Part shown: in pieces, positions 1-8,112 of the stretch
How positions within the stretch are numbered: position 1 is the stretch's first letter
How the letters are laid out: each line of letters starts with the position of its first letter
Assembly (NCBI GenBank): GCA_036337435.1
Contig: JAYZEG010000043.1
Coordinates: 1 to 16,244 of the forward strand
Source: Myxococcota bacterium
Lineage (GTDB): Bacteria > Myxococcota_A > Bradymonadia > UBA7976 > UBA1532
DNA: 16,244 bases
Direction: 5' to 3'
The notes under the pieces: model-generated
The model's database searches: none
What the model was told of the DNA's origin: nothing
Seen by the model: only the letters and a program-made list of their open reading frames with translations
Program-made: the position numbers and the translations under genes

Positions 1-621
1 CAATTGGGCAACAATGGTCGTGAAATGCTCAATACCATTTCAATAAATGTCGACCGAATCACCCAACTCACCGACGACTTGGTCGGCCTGGTGAACGCCG
101 AACGGGAGAAGTCAGAAAATGAAGAGTTTGAGCTCGGAGACATCCTCAGCGAGGTTCGACAGCGTGCCTTGGAACGTTATCAAGGCGAGGTTCTAATCTG
201 TGGCGACCTCCCCCTACTTCTCGGCGACAAAGCTCGATTGACCCTCGTATTCGACCATTTGGTCGAAAATGGGCTAAAATTTAACCAGCATAGCGTACCT
301 TGCGTCGAATTCTCCGTCCTCGACATGGGCATAGAATACCGCATTGATGTCACCGACAACGGCATCGGAATCCCACCCAATCAGTATGAGAACATCTTTG
401 CTCTATTTGCCAAATTGCATCCCGATGAAATGTATTCTGGCAGTGGCACAGGTCTCAATATTGCGCGGCGCATCGTAGCCGACCATAGAGGGCGAATCGA
501 TGTATCCGCCGTTGAGGGTGGTGGCAGCCGGTTTTCCATCTTTCTACCAAAAGACGGGTCTCGCCTGACATCGCCAGGATTTCGAATAACTGGAGATGGA
601 AAGATCGAACCAGTTCGTTAA
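1..621 (+). CDS. Sensor histidine kinase, C-terminal HATPase_c domain (5'-truncated by window edge)
   Basis: Frame is open from base 1. N box LVFDHLVENGLKF, G1 DVTDNGIGI, F box IFALF, G2 GSGTGLNIARRIV, then G-x-I-x-V...GGGSRFSIFLP. The phosphoacceptor His (H box) lies upstream of the window. Confidence 0.93.
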   Translation, partial: QLGNNGREMLNTISINVDRITQLTDDLVGLVNAEREKSENEEFELGDILSEVRQRALERYQGEVLICGDLPLLLGDKARLTLVFDHLVENGLKFNQHSVPCVEFSVLDMGIEYRIDVTDNGIGIPPNQYENIFALFAKLHPDEMYSGSGTGLNIARRIVADHRGRIDVSAVEGGGSRFSIFLPKDGSRLTSPGFRITGDGKIEPVR

Positions 622-633
622 ATGCCTAAGGTC

Positions 634-642
634 TGATATGGT
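634..642 (+). promoter_or_regulatory. Possible extended -10 element (TGaTATGGT) upstream of the HEAT-like gene
   Basis: TGn-TANNNT at 634-642 followed by GC-rich GCCGCCC, about 30 nt before the ATG at 673. No convincing -35. Confidence 0.3.
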
Positions 643-672
643 GCCGCCCAATAAACCTGATTGGAGTGTCTC

Positions 673-1416
673 ATGGGGCTTTTCGACATTTTTTCAAGCA
701 AACCTACACCGACCAAAATTGAGAAACTGGCTAAGAAGATGCTCAATGAGCATCAGCAGATCCAGATCCGACAAGAGGCCATTGATGAACTGGTCAATTT
801 CGGTACGCCAGAATCGATTGGAGCTTTGGTGCGTCGACTGGGCGTCAACTTCAAAGACACCATCAAGAACGAGCAGGAAAAGAAATATATTACCAACGTG
901 CTTGTTGAGCACTTCGGGCCCTCGTCGATTGAGCCGATGATGAACCACATTCGAACGGCCCAGAATATATCGTCGGTGATCATGACGCTGGCAAAGATTA
1001 TGCCGGAGGATAAGTTGGTGCTGTTTCTGCTGGAAAGCCTCTCGCAGTATCAACCCGACGACCATCGTTCCATCGAACCCCGCTCACAACTCATCGACGC
1101 GTTGGGCGATCACAACCACGATGAAGTAATTCCAGCCATGCTGCCTTACTTAATGGACCATGACGATAACATCAGAATTAAAGTAATGGATGTAATCGAC
1201 GACCGAGTTGACAAGAGTCATCCGGCATTCCAAGACGTCGTCGAGGGGCTCTGCAATGTCTTGAAAGACACCTACGCCAGCGGGCGAATCACACGCCGAG
1301 CAGCGGCGATCCTGAGTGACCGAGATACCAACCTGAGCAAGCAAAGTGCGAGTCTTCAAGACTTCGTGCCCGATGGCTATACCCTCGGTACAAATGGCAG
1401 GCTCAGTAAATCCTAA
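673..1416 (+). CDS. HEAT-repeat-like alpha-helical protein
   Basis: Start moved to ATG 673 (GGAG at 663-666), giving MGLFDIFS... Repeated helical units such as IRQEAIDELVNFGTPESIGALV, RSQLIDALGD...VIPAMLPYLMDHDDNIRIKVMDVI and RRAAAILS resemble HEAT/PBS-lyase repeats. Confidence 0.75.
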   Translation: MGLFDIFSSKPTPTKIEKLAKKMLNEHQQIQIRQEAIDELVNFGTPESIGALVRRLGVNFKDTIKNEQEKKYITNVLVEHFGPSSIEPMMNHIRTAQNISSVIMTLAKIMPEDKLVLFLLESLSQYQPDDHRSIEPRSQLIDALGDHNHDEVIPAMLPYLMDHDDNIRIKVMDVIDDRVDKSHPAFQDVVEGLCNVLKDTYASGRITRRAAAILSDRDTNLSKQSASLQDFVPDGYTLGTNGRLSKS

Positions 1417-1421
1417 CTTGT

Positions 1422-1820
1422 TTAGCGATGCTCAAGGAGCTTCTGGATCGTCTGCGCATCAGCAGGTGGAAACTCGTAGTTCTCCATTTCCTGAGGGGTG
1501 ACCCACCGCCAATCATGAACGCGCTTCGATTCGATTTCGTCGCTCAACAAGGCACATCTGTACACGCAAAAATCAAGGGCATAGTCCTCGTACTCATGTT
1601 TGATGAACATGGACAGCTGCTGAACCGATATTTGCACATTTAACCGTTCGGCCAATTCCCTAATCAGGGCTGTTTCGTCGGTTTCGCCCTCTTCGACGCG
1701 ACCACTCGGAAATTCCCACAGGAGTGGTAGAATAGCGGATGGACGCCGCTGGGTAATCAGAAAACGGCCGTCTCGTTCAATCTCTGCGGCTACAACGCGT
1801 ATGGTTTTGCGCTCAGACAA
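1422..1820 (-). CDS. MutT/NudG-like Nudix hydrolase ((d)NTP pyrophosphohydrolase family) with non-canonical Nudix box
   Basis: TTG start preceded by GGAGG. VVAAEI...FLITQR...LWEFPSGRVEEGET...RELAERL, H-x-Y, and a C-terminal W-V...FPPAD typical of MutT-like proteins. Confidence 0.88.
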   Translation of the reverse strand: MSERKTIRVVAAEIERDGRFLITQRRPSAILPLLWEFPSGRVEEGETDETALIRELAERLNVQISVQQLSMFIKHEYEDYALDFCVYRCALLSDEIESKRVHDWRWVTPQEMENYEFPPADAQTIQKLLEHR

Positions 1821-1940
1821 GGCGCCCCCTCCAGCATTTCGTTGTGCGAACCTTAACTAACTCATCGGCTATCTGCCAGCCAAAGTGTCTTCGCCGCTCA
1901 AATAAACGAGATGAACTGTTTCGCCGTGACACGCCTCGCC

Positions 1941-2375
1941 TTAAAGTTTTCGGATCCGATCGGCTACGCTCTCGACTTCAAGGACTCGCATCCCGAAGTT
2001 CTCATTGACAACGACCGCTTCCCCGTGGGCTACAACACGGTCGTTTACAGTTAAATCAAGCAGGTCCGTCGCCAGGTGATCCAGTTCGACAACGCTTCCC
2101 TGACACCAGTTCAAAATTTCGCCCACTGGCATGCGTGCGCGCCCAATTTCAACCTGCACTTTTACGGGTATGTTCAGAATCATCGAAAGGTTGGCCTTAC
2201 GTTCTTCATCGGAGTTGGACGTCGTCCCAGGTGACAGGTCCAGGCCGACAGGTCCATTTGAATCAATCTCAGCGTCGACGCGACCGTCCTGCTTCTGTGT
2301 CTCGTCAGCACCGTCTTCGGCTTGTATCTCGCCGAGCAATGCGTTGAGTTCATCTGGTGATAATAAGTCCGCCAT
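1941..2375 (-). CDS. fliN: FliN-like flagellar motor switch / SpoA-domain protein
   Basis: C-terminal SpoA domain NLSMILNIPVKVQVEIGRARM...GSVVELD...VNDRVVAHGEAVVVNENFGMRV...RIRKL. Start moved to ATG 2375 (MADLLSPDELNALL), 144 aa. Confidence 0.88.
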   Translation of the reverse strand: MADLLSPDELNALLGEIQAEDGADETQKQDGRVDAEIDSNGPVGLDLSPGTTSNSDEERKANLSMILNIPVKVQVEIGRARMPVGEILNWCQGSVVELDHLATDLLDLTVNDRVVAHGEAVVVNENFGMRVLEVESVADRIRKL

Positions 2376-2381
2376 GGACGC

Positions 2382-2390
2382 AGTGTAGCA
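2382..2390 (-). promoter_or_regulatory. Extended -10 promoter (TGcTACACT) 6 nt upstream of the fliN ATG; probable leaderless transcript
   Basis: Minus strand reads TGC TACACT GCGTCC ATG, with no Shine-Dalgarno before the ATG. Confidence 0.5.
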
Positions 2391-2524
2391 GAGTCTAAAG
2401 GTTTCAGATACTTTTGGAACGTTGCCCAGCACATTTCTGCATCGCGTCAAAGGCTCATCTGTGCGAGACTCCCCCCCGTCGGGGCCCTCCCCCTTCACAA
2501 CATGCTCTCATCGGACTGATTTTC

Positions 2525-3244
2525 ATGTACGTGACAAGCACCCTTAGAAAGCCGATCGATCCAGTCGAACTGAAGACCTATGCGCAATGGTTCGGACTCA
2601 AGATCCGTATGGACCGACCATTGCCGCAAGACGAAGTGGGTTTTGTCATCGAGGGCACTGGAATTCGATTGGAAAGTCCCGGACAAAAAGGCCAAGTGTG
2701 GCATCCCGGGCTTGCATATCGCCGGATCAAGCATAGCGTCGATGCGCTTCGAAAAGTATTGGCGTTAAAAACTGGAGACCAGCTACTGGACTGCACCCTC
2801 GGCATGGGACACGATGCTCTGGCGGCCCTCGACGCCGGCGCGGTGGTTACGGCATTGGAGGTCCAGGCACCGATGATTCTCTACACCATGACCGGGCTTA
2901 GCCGTTTTGCACCCACCCTTACAAAGCGTCTACACGTCCGCTGTTGTGACTATCGGTCCTTTCTTGAGTCAGCAAAAGCCGATAGTTTCGATCACGTCTA
3001 CCTGGATCCCATGTTCCCTAGGGCCAAGACAGAGAAAGCCAATGTGACCTGGGCTCTTCTCCGGACATTTACCCAACCCGAGAAGCGGCTTGATAAAGAC
3101 ACCATTCGAAATGCTGTACGTGTCGCCAGGCGTAGCGTGGTATTCAAGCTAGCACCACTTGAAGTTGTTCCGACTTTTGAAGGCCTTCCGAAGCCCGAAA
3201 TCGTTGGTTCCAAACGCCAGAAATATGCCCGTTGGACAATTTAG
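2525..3244 (+). CDS. Class I SAM-dependent methyltransferase, RsmJ/YhiQ (SAM_MT)-like
   Basis: Motif I LLDCTLGMGHDA, acidic residue in VTALE, motif IV FDHVYLDPMF, and A-x-R-x-A-RRSVVFK. Start moved to ATG 2525 (MYVTST). Confidence 0.8.
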   Translation: MYVTSTLRKPIDPVELKTYAQWFGLKIRMDRPLPQDEVGFVIEGTGIRLESPGQKGQVWHPGLAYRRIKHSVDALRKVLALKTGDQLLDCTLGMGHDALAALDAGAVVTALEVQAPMILYTMTGLSRFAPTLTKRLHVRCCDYRSFLESAKADSFDHVYLDPMFPRAKTEKANVTWALLRTFTQPEKRLDKDTIRNAVRVARRSVVFKLAPLEVVPTFEGLPKPEIVGSKRQKYARWTI

Positions 3245-3255
3245 GGGGATTGCAG

Positions 3256-5799
3256 ATGCAATGTTCGCACAGCCGAGTGTCATTCCTTTTAAAATGCTTT
3301 GTAATCACCTTTCTGTTACCTGCATGCACGACCATTGGTCAACGGCGAGTCGACGGCCCTCAGTCAAACGGGGACAAAAAAGAAACGAAAAACTCGGTGG
3401 TAATTCTCGTCGTTGAAGGTCTCAACCCATCAACGTTGGACGCTTATCTGAGTGCGCTTGAGCGAGACGCATCCAACCCATCATGGCCATCTGGCCTTGC
3501 TAAATTAAGCCGCGATAGTTTTCGTTTCGGTATCGCGAGCCGTGCAGAAACAACTGCACCAGCGACGAGTCTGAGTGCCATGGCAACAATCGCTACGGGC
3601 ACGTATCCCGATAAACACGGCATTGTAGGCAACCAATTTATTGACCGGACACAAACCAACCTCTGGCGCAGGCTTAGTTTAGCGACAGCCAATCACGGGA
3701 TTGGGTATTGGACCGACGAGCATGGTAATCCAGCAAGTCAGTCTGAGGGGACTCTGGTTCACTCATTACTCCAAGCCCCAACCTGGTTATCGGCCCTGGC
3801 AAAAGAATATCGCGTGAGCAGCCACTATTTCCCCTTTGGCCATGGGGCTGCTTGGACGGTACCAAAAGCGATTCGAGGAGGCGTTCTAGCGATCCTGAAT
3901 CATCCGACAGCGACCTTGGCCGTCCCTTTGCTCGACAAAGCAAATGCCAATGCGCTGACACAAGCACTGACATCGGGTCATTCGGTGATCTTGAGCCACT
4001 TTCGGAGCGTTAAGGCTATCAGCTGCTTCCGCGAGAATGTCAGCTGTGAAGGCAAGGCCACCAATCTGAGTCACCAACAACTTTTGGCTCTAAAAACCGT
4101 AGACGGGCTTCTCTACGCCGCGCTGCGACGCTACCAGAGGTCTCATCCGACCCGCTACGCCAACACAACTTTTATGCTGATCGGCACCCATAGCCTAATC
4201 GACCGAACGCAAGGCGTCGATCCTGATACAGTCCACATCATCGATAGGCAGCGACTGCTGGACCATCTGGGTACACAGTTGCCATCTCGTTGTTTCGACT
4301 GGTTTATCGATGCAACCGAGGACCGAATTTATTCAACGGTACTGGACTCAGGCACGGCTAGAATTTACCTACCCGAGTGTCGTGCTGGTGCTTGTGAGGC
4401 GCGCCGAAAAGCCATGAGCTGCCTGAGTGCTGCAGCAGAGAAAATGGCGAACAATACCCAATGGCTCTCCGGTGTTGCATGGGACCCAGCCCTCGGACTC
4501 GATGAGCAGCCGTTGTCGAAGCGATTACAAATCCGATATCGGCCAAAGTTTCTTACAAACCAACCCGCGCATCGGCGGCTCCGACTGGACAATAAGATCA
4601 GAAAAAGTTTCACCGTAACCCCTCAAAACCGTTCCGGGGATGTGGTGTTTTTCGCAGCGGAGCGTTGGCTCTTCGTGGACAAGGAACGAAATGGGCGTAT
4701 CGGATATGTGCACAGTGGTGGAATCAATGCGAAGTCTTTGAATATCCCATTTTTAATCGCAGACCGCCGTCTCTCGGGTGCGACGATAAATGCATTGAGG
4801 ATCGCGCCCATTGAGCTCGCAGATGTGGCACCAACCACGCTTTCCTTGCTCGGATTAAACACATCCAACTACGTACGCCCCCCGATCCTGAGGTGGCGTA
4901 ATGACCAAATGGATACACTTGAATTCGTTCAGTCAGACCGAACCATCTCTCTCGATCCAACAAACCCCAAAACCGATTTTTTTTGGACCGAGGGAAAGGC
5001 ATTTGTCGAGTTGGGTGTCCAAGAATCAGGTCGTCATTGGCCACCGGACCAACTCAACATCACCTTCGGCAACGTCACCCATAAATGGGATCCAGATGCA
5101 GCAAAATTCCCTGACGGGCTGCCCTGTAGTTACACATCCACAAAGGCGAGACGAGTCTGGAAATGTCGTTTTCCTAAATTCGCTAAGCCAGGCGATTCCA
5201 CATGGGCCAAAGTGCGTCGCACACCGAGCACGGAGTCCGATAAACCATTTGTGCGTCACCACGAATTCGTCTTCAAACCATCCGTACCGGCCGTCGCCGA
5301 TCTTGAATTGGTCTGTGCTGATGAACAGCAGATTCATGTTCGTATCAATGCTCGGGACTCTCTGGGGTTGGCATCCTTGGGCGCTAACTTTCAGACCCAT
5401 GCATCGGAAACTCTCACGGAAGCGATTTCATTGCCCGTCAAAGTGTCCATTCCATCCGTTGCCGGTAGACAAAACAGCTGCCAGGCGGCGGCAGAGAACA
5501 CGTGCCTCGACACGAAGACTCCGACGTCCATCTCTGGCCTGTACTCCATTCCCATCAAACGCGCCCATCTGGCGACGATAGAAACCGCTGCATCATTACT
5601 GGAAACCACAGCGATGGATTCGGAGCGTGCGAAGGACCGGTACCAAGGTCTTGCACGCCCCGCCGTTTCATCCGACGAGCCCAACTTGGCCTGGCTCACA
5701 CTTCATGTGTGTAACCGCTTGGGACAGTGTGCGTCCCAAATACTCGCAACCGATAAAGCATATCTCAATGGAATGAAAAACCGATGTGGTACACCGTGA
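3256..5799 (+). CDS. Putative lipoprotein with alkaline phosphatase/nucleotide pyrophosphatase-phosphodiesterase superfamily domain (degenerate active site) and an uncharacterised beta-rich C-terminal region
   Basis: AGGGGG precedes ATG 3256. Hydrophobic stretch then lipobox LLPA-C. Motifs VVILVVEGL, ATIATGTYPDKHGIVGN, RSGDVVFFA, IPFLI and LADVAPTTLSLLG. Confidence 0.75.
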   Translation: MQCSHSRVSFLLKCFVITFLLPACTTIGQRRVDGPQSNGDKKETKNSVVILVVEGLNPSTLDAYLSALERDASNPSWPSGLAKLSRDSFRFGIASRAETTAPATSLSAMATIATGTYPDKHGIVGNQFIDRTQTNLWRRLSLATANHGIGYWTDEHGNPASQSEGTLVHSLLQAPTWLSALAKEYRVSSHYFPFGHGAAWTVPKAIRGGVLAILNHPTATLAVPLLDKANANALTQALTSGHSVILSHFRSVKAISCFRENVSCEGKATNLSHQQLLALKTVDGLLYAALRRYQRSHPTRYANTTFMLIGTHSLIDRTQGVDPDTVHIIDRQRLLDHLGTQLPSRCFDWFIDATEDRIYSTVLDSGTARIYLPECRAGACEARRKAMSCLSAAAEKMANNTQWLSGVAWDPALGLDEQPLSKRLQIRYRPKFLTNQPAHRRLRLDNKIRKSFTVTPQNRSGDVVFFAAERWLFVDKERNGRIGYVHSGGINAKSLNIPFLIADRRLSGATINALRIAPIELADVAPTTLSLLGLNTSNYVRPPILRWRNDQMDTLEFVQSDRTISLDPTNPKTDFFWTEGKAFVELGVQESGRHWPPDQLNITFGNVTHKWDPDAAKFPDGLPCSYTSTKARRVWKCRFPKFAKPGDSTWAKVRRTPSTESDKPFVRHHEFVFKPSVPAVADLELVCADEQQIHVRINARDSLGLASLGANFQTHASETLTEAISLPVKVSIPSVAGRQNSCQAAAENTCLDTKTPTSISGLYSIPIKRAHLATIETAASLLETTAMDSERAKDRYQGLARPAVSSDEPNLAWLTLHVCNRLGQCASQILATDKAYLNGMKNRCGTP

Positions 5800-5851
5800 C
5801 ATGTCGCTCGAAAAGCAGACATGAATGGGCATCAGCGAATGCGCCCCACAC

Positions 5852-5883
5852 AAAAAAGCGACCGGGCATTGCCAGGTCGCTTT
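5852..5883 (-). terminator. Rho-independent terminator of fusA, possibly bidirectional
   Basis: Inverted repeat AAAGCGACC-g-GGCA-t-TGCC-a-GGTCGCTTT. On the minus strand the stem ends in TTTTTT and begins about 20 nt after the fusA stop. It lies between convergent genes. Confidence 0.85.
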
Positions 5884-5904
5884 GTCCAACTCACAGACCG
5901 AGAT

Positions 5905-7974
5905 TCAGGATTTCTTGTATTTCTCACGAAGCTCTTCGGCCACTTCGTTCGGCACTCGAGAGTACTTATTGAACTCCATGGTGAACTCCGCCTTCCCTTG
6001 TGTCGCAGAACGGATGACATTCGAATAAGCAAACATCTCAGCCAACGGGACATCCGCTTCTACTCGGGTAAAGCCGTCTTCCTCGGTGGTCCCTGTGACA
6101 ATGCCCCGACGTTGCATCAGGGTTCGTACAATACCGCCTTGGAATTCGCTCGGGCCCTCTACGGAAACCGACATGACCGGCTCTAAAATGACCGGCTTAG
6201 CCCGGTCATACGCATCGCGGAACGCACCACGAGCCGCCTCCTGGAAAGCGACGTCCGACGAGTCAACCGCATGCATGTTGCCGTCTGCAAGAACGAACTT
6301 AATGTTGACAACAGGAAAGCCAATGAGACGGCCCTTTTCCATCTGAGACTTAAAGCCCTTCTCAACGGACGGGATAAATTCCTTGGCGATAACACCGCCG
6401 ACGATCTTCGATTCGAACTCAAAATCCGCGTCTTCGTTGGGCTCAATGTGGCCGAGTACTCGCCCGTACTGACCAGACCCACCCGTTTGCTTTTTATGGG
6501 TATAGTCGTATTCAGCCAGTCGGCTGATGGTCTCCCGATAGGCAACTTGTGGCGCGCCGGTTTCGACCTCCGCGCCATATTCGCGTTTCATCCGCTCAAT
6601 GTAGACTTCTAGGTGAAGCTCACCCATTCCACAGACGATGGTCTCACCACTTTCCTGGTCGACGTAGGTGCGGAATGTAGGATCTTCACGCGTGAAGCGA
6701 GAAAGTGCCTTCGACATGTTGATTTGCGCCTTATTGTCCACAGGCTTAATCATCAAGTTAATCACGGGTTCAGGAACATGCATGGAGCTCATGGTCCAGC
6801 GCACTGTGCCGTCGGTAAAGGTGTCACCCGATGAGCAATCTACGCCGAAGAGAGCGACCAAATCACCACCACAAGCCTCAGTGATGTCTTCCATTTCATT
6901 GGAGTGCATTCTGACCAAACGGCCCACTTTGACCTTTTTGTTCGTCCGCACATTCCAAATGAACTCACCTTTTTTGAGTGTTCCTTGGTAAATCCGAACG
7001 TAAGTCAACTGACCATATCGACCGTCTTCCAGTTTAAAAGCCAGCGCGACGAGCTGCTTCTCAGGCTCGTAGCCCAAAACAAGTTCTTGCTCATCGTTGT
7101 CCTGGTCCAGTGCCTTATTCTCAACTTCTCGAGGCTCAGGCAAGTAGGCCAAAACGCAATTGAGCAGAGATTGAACACCGACGTTCTTATAGGCTGAACC
7201 GCACAAAACAGGCGTTATTTCGCGCGCCACTGTCGCCTTCCGGATGGCGTTCGTCAAAACCGACTCGGTGACGTCCTCCATCAACATGGCTTCCATGAGG
7301 TCGTCGTCATGCATACTGACGATGTCGAGCATGATCTCACGGTATTCTTCGGCCTGAGCGAGCATATCAGCCGGGATGTCGGTCTCAGTGATGGTCTCAC
7401 CATTGTCACCGCTGAATGTACGCGCCTTCATTGTGACGAGATCGATGTGACCCTCGTGTTGGTCTTCGAGCCCGATGGGCAGTTGCAGCATCACCGAGTT
7501 GTGGCTCAGTTTATCGCGCAGCTGCTGGCAGACCTTAAGCGGATCGGCACCGCTACGGTCGCATTTATTCACAAAGGCGATCCGTGGTACGTTGTAGCGC
7601 TTCATCTGGCGGTCAACAGTGATCGACTGACTCTGAACACCCGCCACGCCACAGAGAACCAGAATGGCTCCGTCGAGAACACGCAGCGCACGTTCAACCT
7701 CTACGGTAAAGTCAACGTGTCCGGGTGTATCGATGATATTGATGTGGTGGTCAGCCCATTCGCAATGGGTCGCCGCAGATTGAATCGTGATGCCACGTTC
7801 TTTCTCCAACTCCATTGAGTCCATCTTCGCACCGACGCCATCTTTGCCTCTTACCTCATGGATCGCATGGATACGATCAGTGTAGAACAAGATGCGCTCA
7901 GTCAAAGTGGTTTTGCCCGAATCGATATGGGCACTGATACCAATATTTCTGACCTTCTCTAAATCCGTAATCAT
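5905..7974 (-). CDS. fusA: Elongation factor G (spdEFG1 / mitochondrial EF-G1-like subfamily)
   Basis: G1 [24 protein letters not shown], switch [13 protein letters not shown]3 DTPGHVDF, G4 [30 protein letters not shown] and domain V motifs. Start ATG 7974 preceded by GAGAGG, 689 aa. Confidence 0.98.
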   Translation of the reverse strand: MITDLEKVRNIGISAHIDSGKTTLTERILFYTDRIHAIHEVRGKDGVGAKMDSMELEKERGITIQSAATHCEWADHHINIIDTPGHVDFTVEVERALRVLDGAILVLCGVAGVQSQSITVDRQMKRYNVPRIAFVNKCDRSGADPLKVCQQLRDKLSHNSVMLQLPIGLEDQHEGHIDLVTMKARTFSGDNGETITETDIPADMLAQAEEYREIMLDIVSMHDDDLMEAMLMEDVTESVLTNAIRKATVAREITPVLCGSAYKNVGVQSLLNCVLAYLPEPREVENKALDQDNDEQELVLGYEPEKQLVALAFKLEDGRYGQLTYVRIYQGTLKKGEFIWNVRTNKKVKVGRLVRMHSNEMEDITEACGGDLVALFGVDCSSGDTFTDGTVRWTMSSMHVPEPVINLMIKPVDNKAQINMSKALSRFTREDPTFRTYVDQESGETIVCGMGELHLEVYIERMKREYGAEVETGAPQVAYRETISRLAEYDYTHKKQTGGSGQYGRVLGHIEPNEDADFEFESKIVGGVIAKEFIPSVEKGFKSQMEKGRLIGFPVVNIKFVLADGNMHAVDSSDVAFQEAARGAFRDAYDRAKPVILEPVMSVSVEGPSEFQGGIVRTLMQRRGIVTGTTEEDGFTRVEADVPLAEMFAYSNVIRSATQGKAEFTMEFNKYSRVPNEVAEELREKYKKS

Positions 7975-7999
7975 CGGGACCTCTCTGTCGTCGACGAGT

Positions 8000-8070
8000 G
8001 TATTTTGGCGAGTCTGTGTGGCAACGCAGAAGCACGTTGCCAAGACCACGCCACTCTCAATAAAAAATAC
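8000..8070 (-). other. Imperfect multi-stem hairpin in the fusA 5' leader (candidate cis-regulatory RNA)
   Basis: Nested inverted repeats: 8000-8005/8065-8070, 8006-8010/8049-8053, 8012-8015/8043-8046, 8019-8026/8035-8042. Confidence 0.55.
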
Positions 8071-8084
8071 CCTTCGCGGCGCGC

Positions 8085-8112
8085 AGTGTACGTATGACAA
8101 ATTATTTTTCAA
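8085..8112 (-). promoter_or_regulatory. Sigma70-type promoter for fusA with GC-rich discriminator
   Basis: Minus strand TTGAAA-16 nt-TACACT followed by GCGCGCCGC. An AT-rich tract lies further upstream (about 8125-8150). Confidence 0.65.

Noticed and set aside
2470..2494. C-rich/G-rich tract (CCCCCCCGTCGGGGCCCTCCCC) as a phase-variable site or terminator
   Set aside because: The homopolymer is only 7 nt and intergenic, the stem is short, and there is no U-tract. Not enough support.
2376..2524. Overlapping N-terminal extensions of the fliN (to 2498) and methyltransferase (from 2414) ORFs
   Set aside because: Artefacts of longest-ORF calling. Family-like sequence begins at 2375 (-) and 2525 (+), leaving a divergent intergenic region.
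4901..5581. 226-aa alternative-frame ORF inside the lipoprotein gene
   Set aside because: Ser/Pro/Arg-rich with no motifs, and fully nested in a longer coherent CDS. No evidence for a frameshift.
5800..5823. Small hairpin CATGTC...GACATG right after the lipoprotein stop
   Set aside because: Short, with no U-tract. The stronger hairpin at 5852-5883 explains termination.
6086..7818. Series of antisense ORFs opposite fusA (e.g. 6271-6612, 7309-7818)
   Set aside because: Typical shadow ORFs from codon bias of a highly expressed gene. No recognisable motifs.
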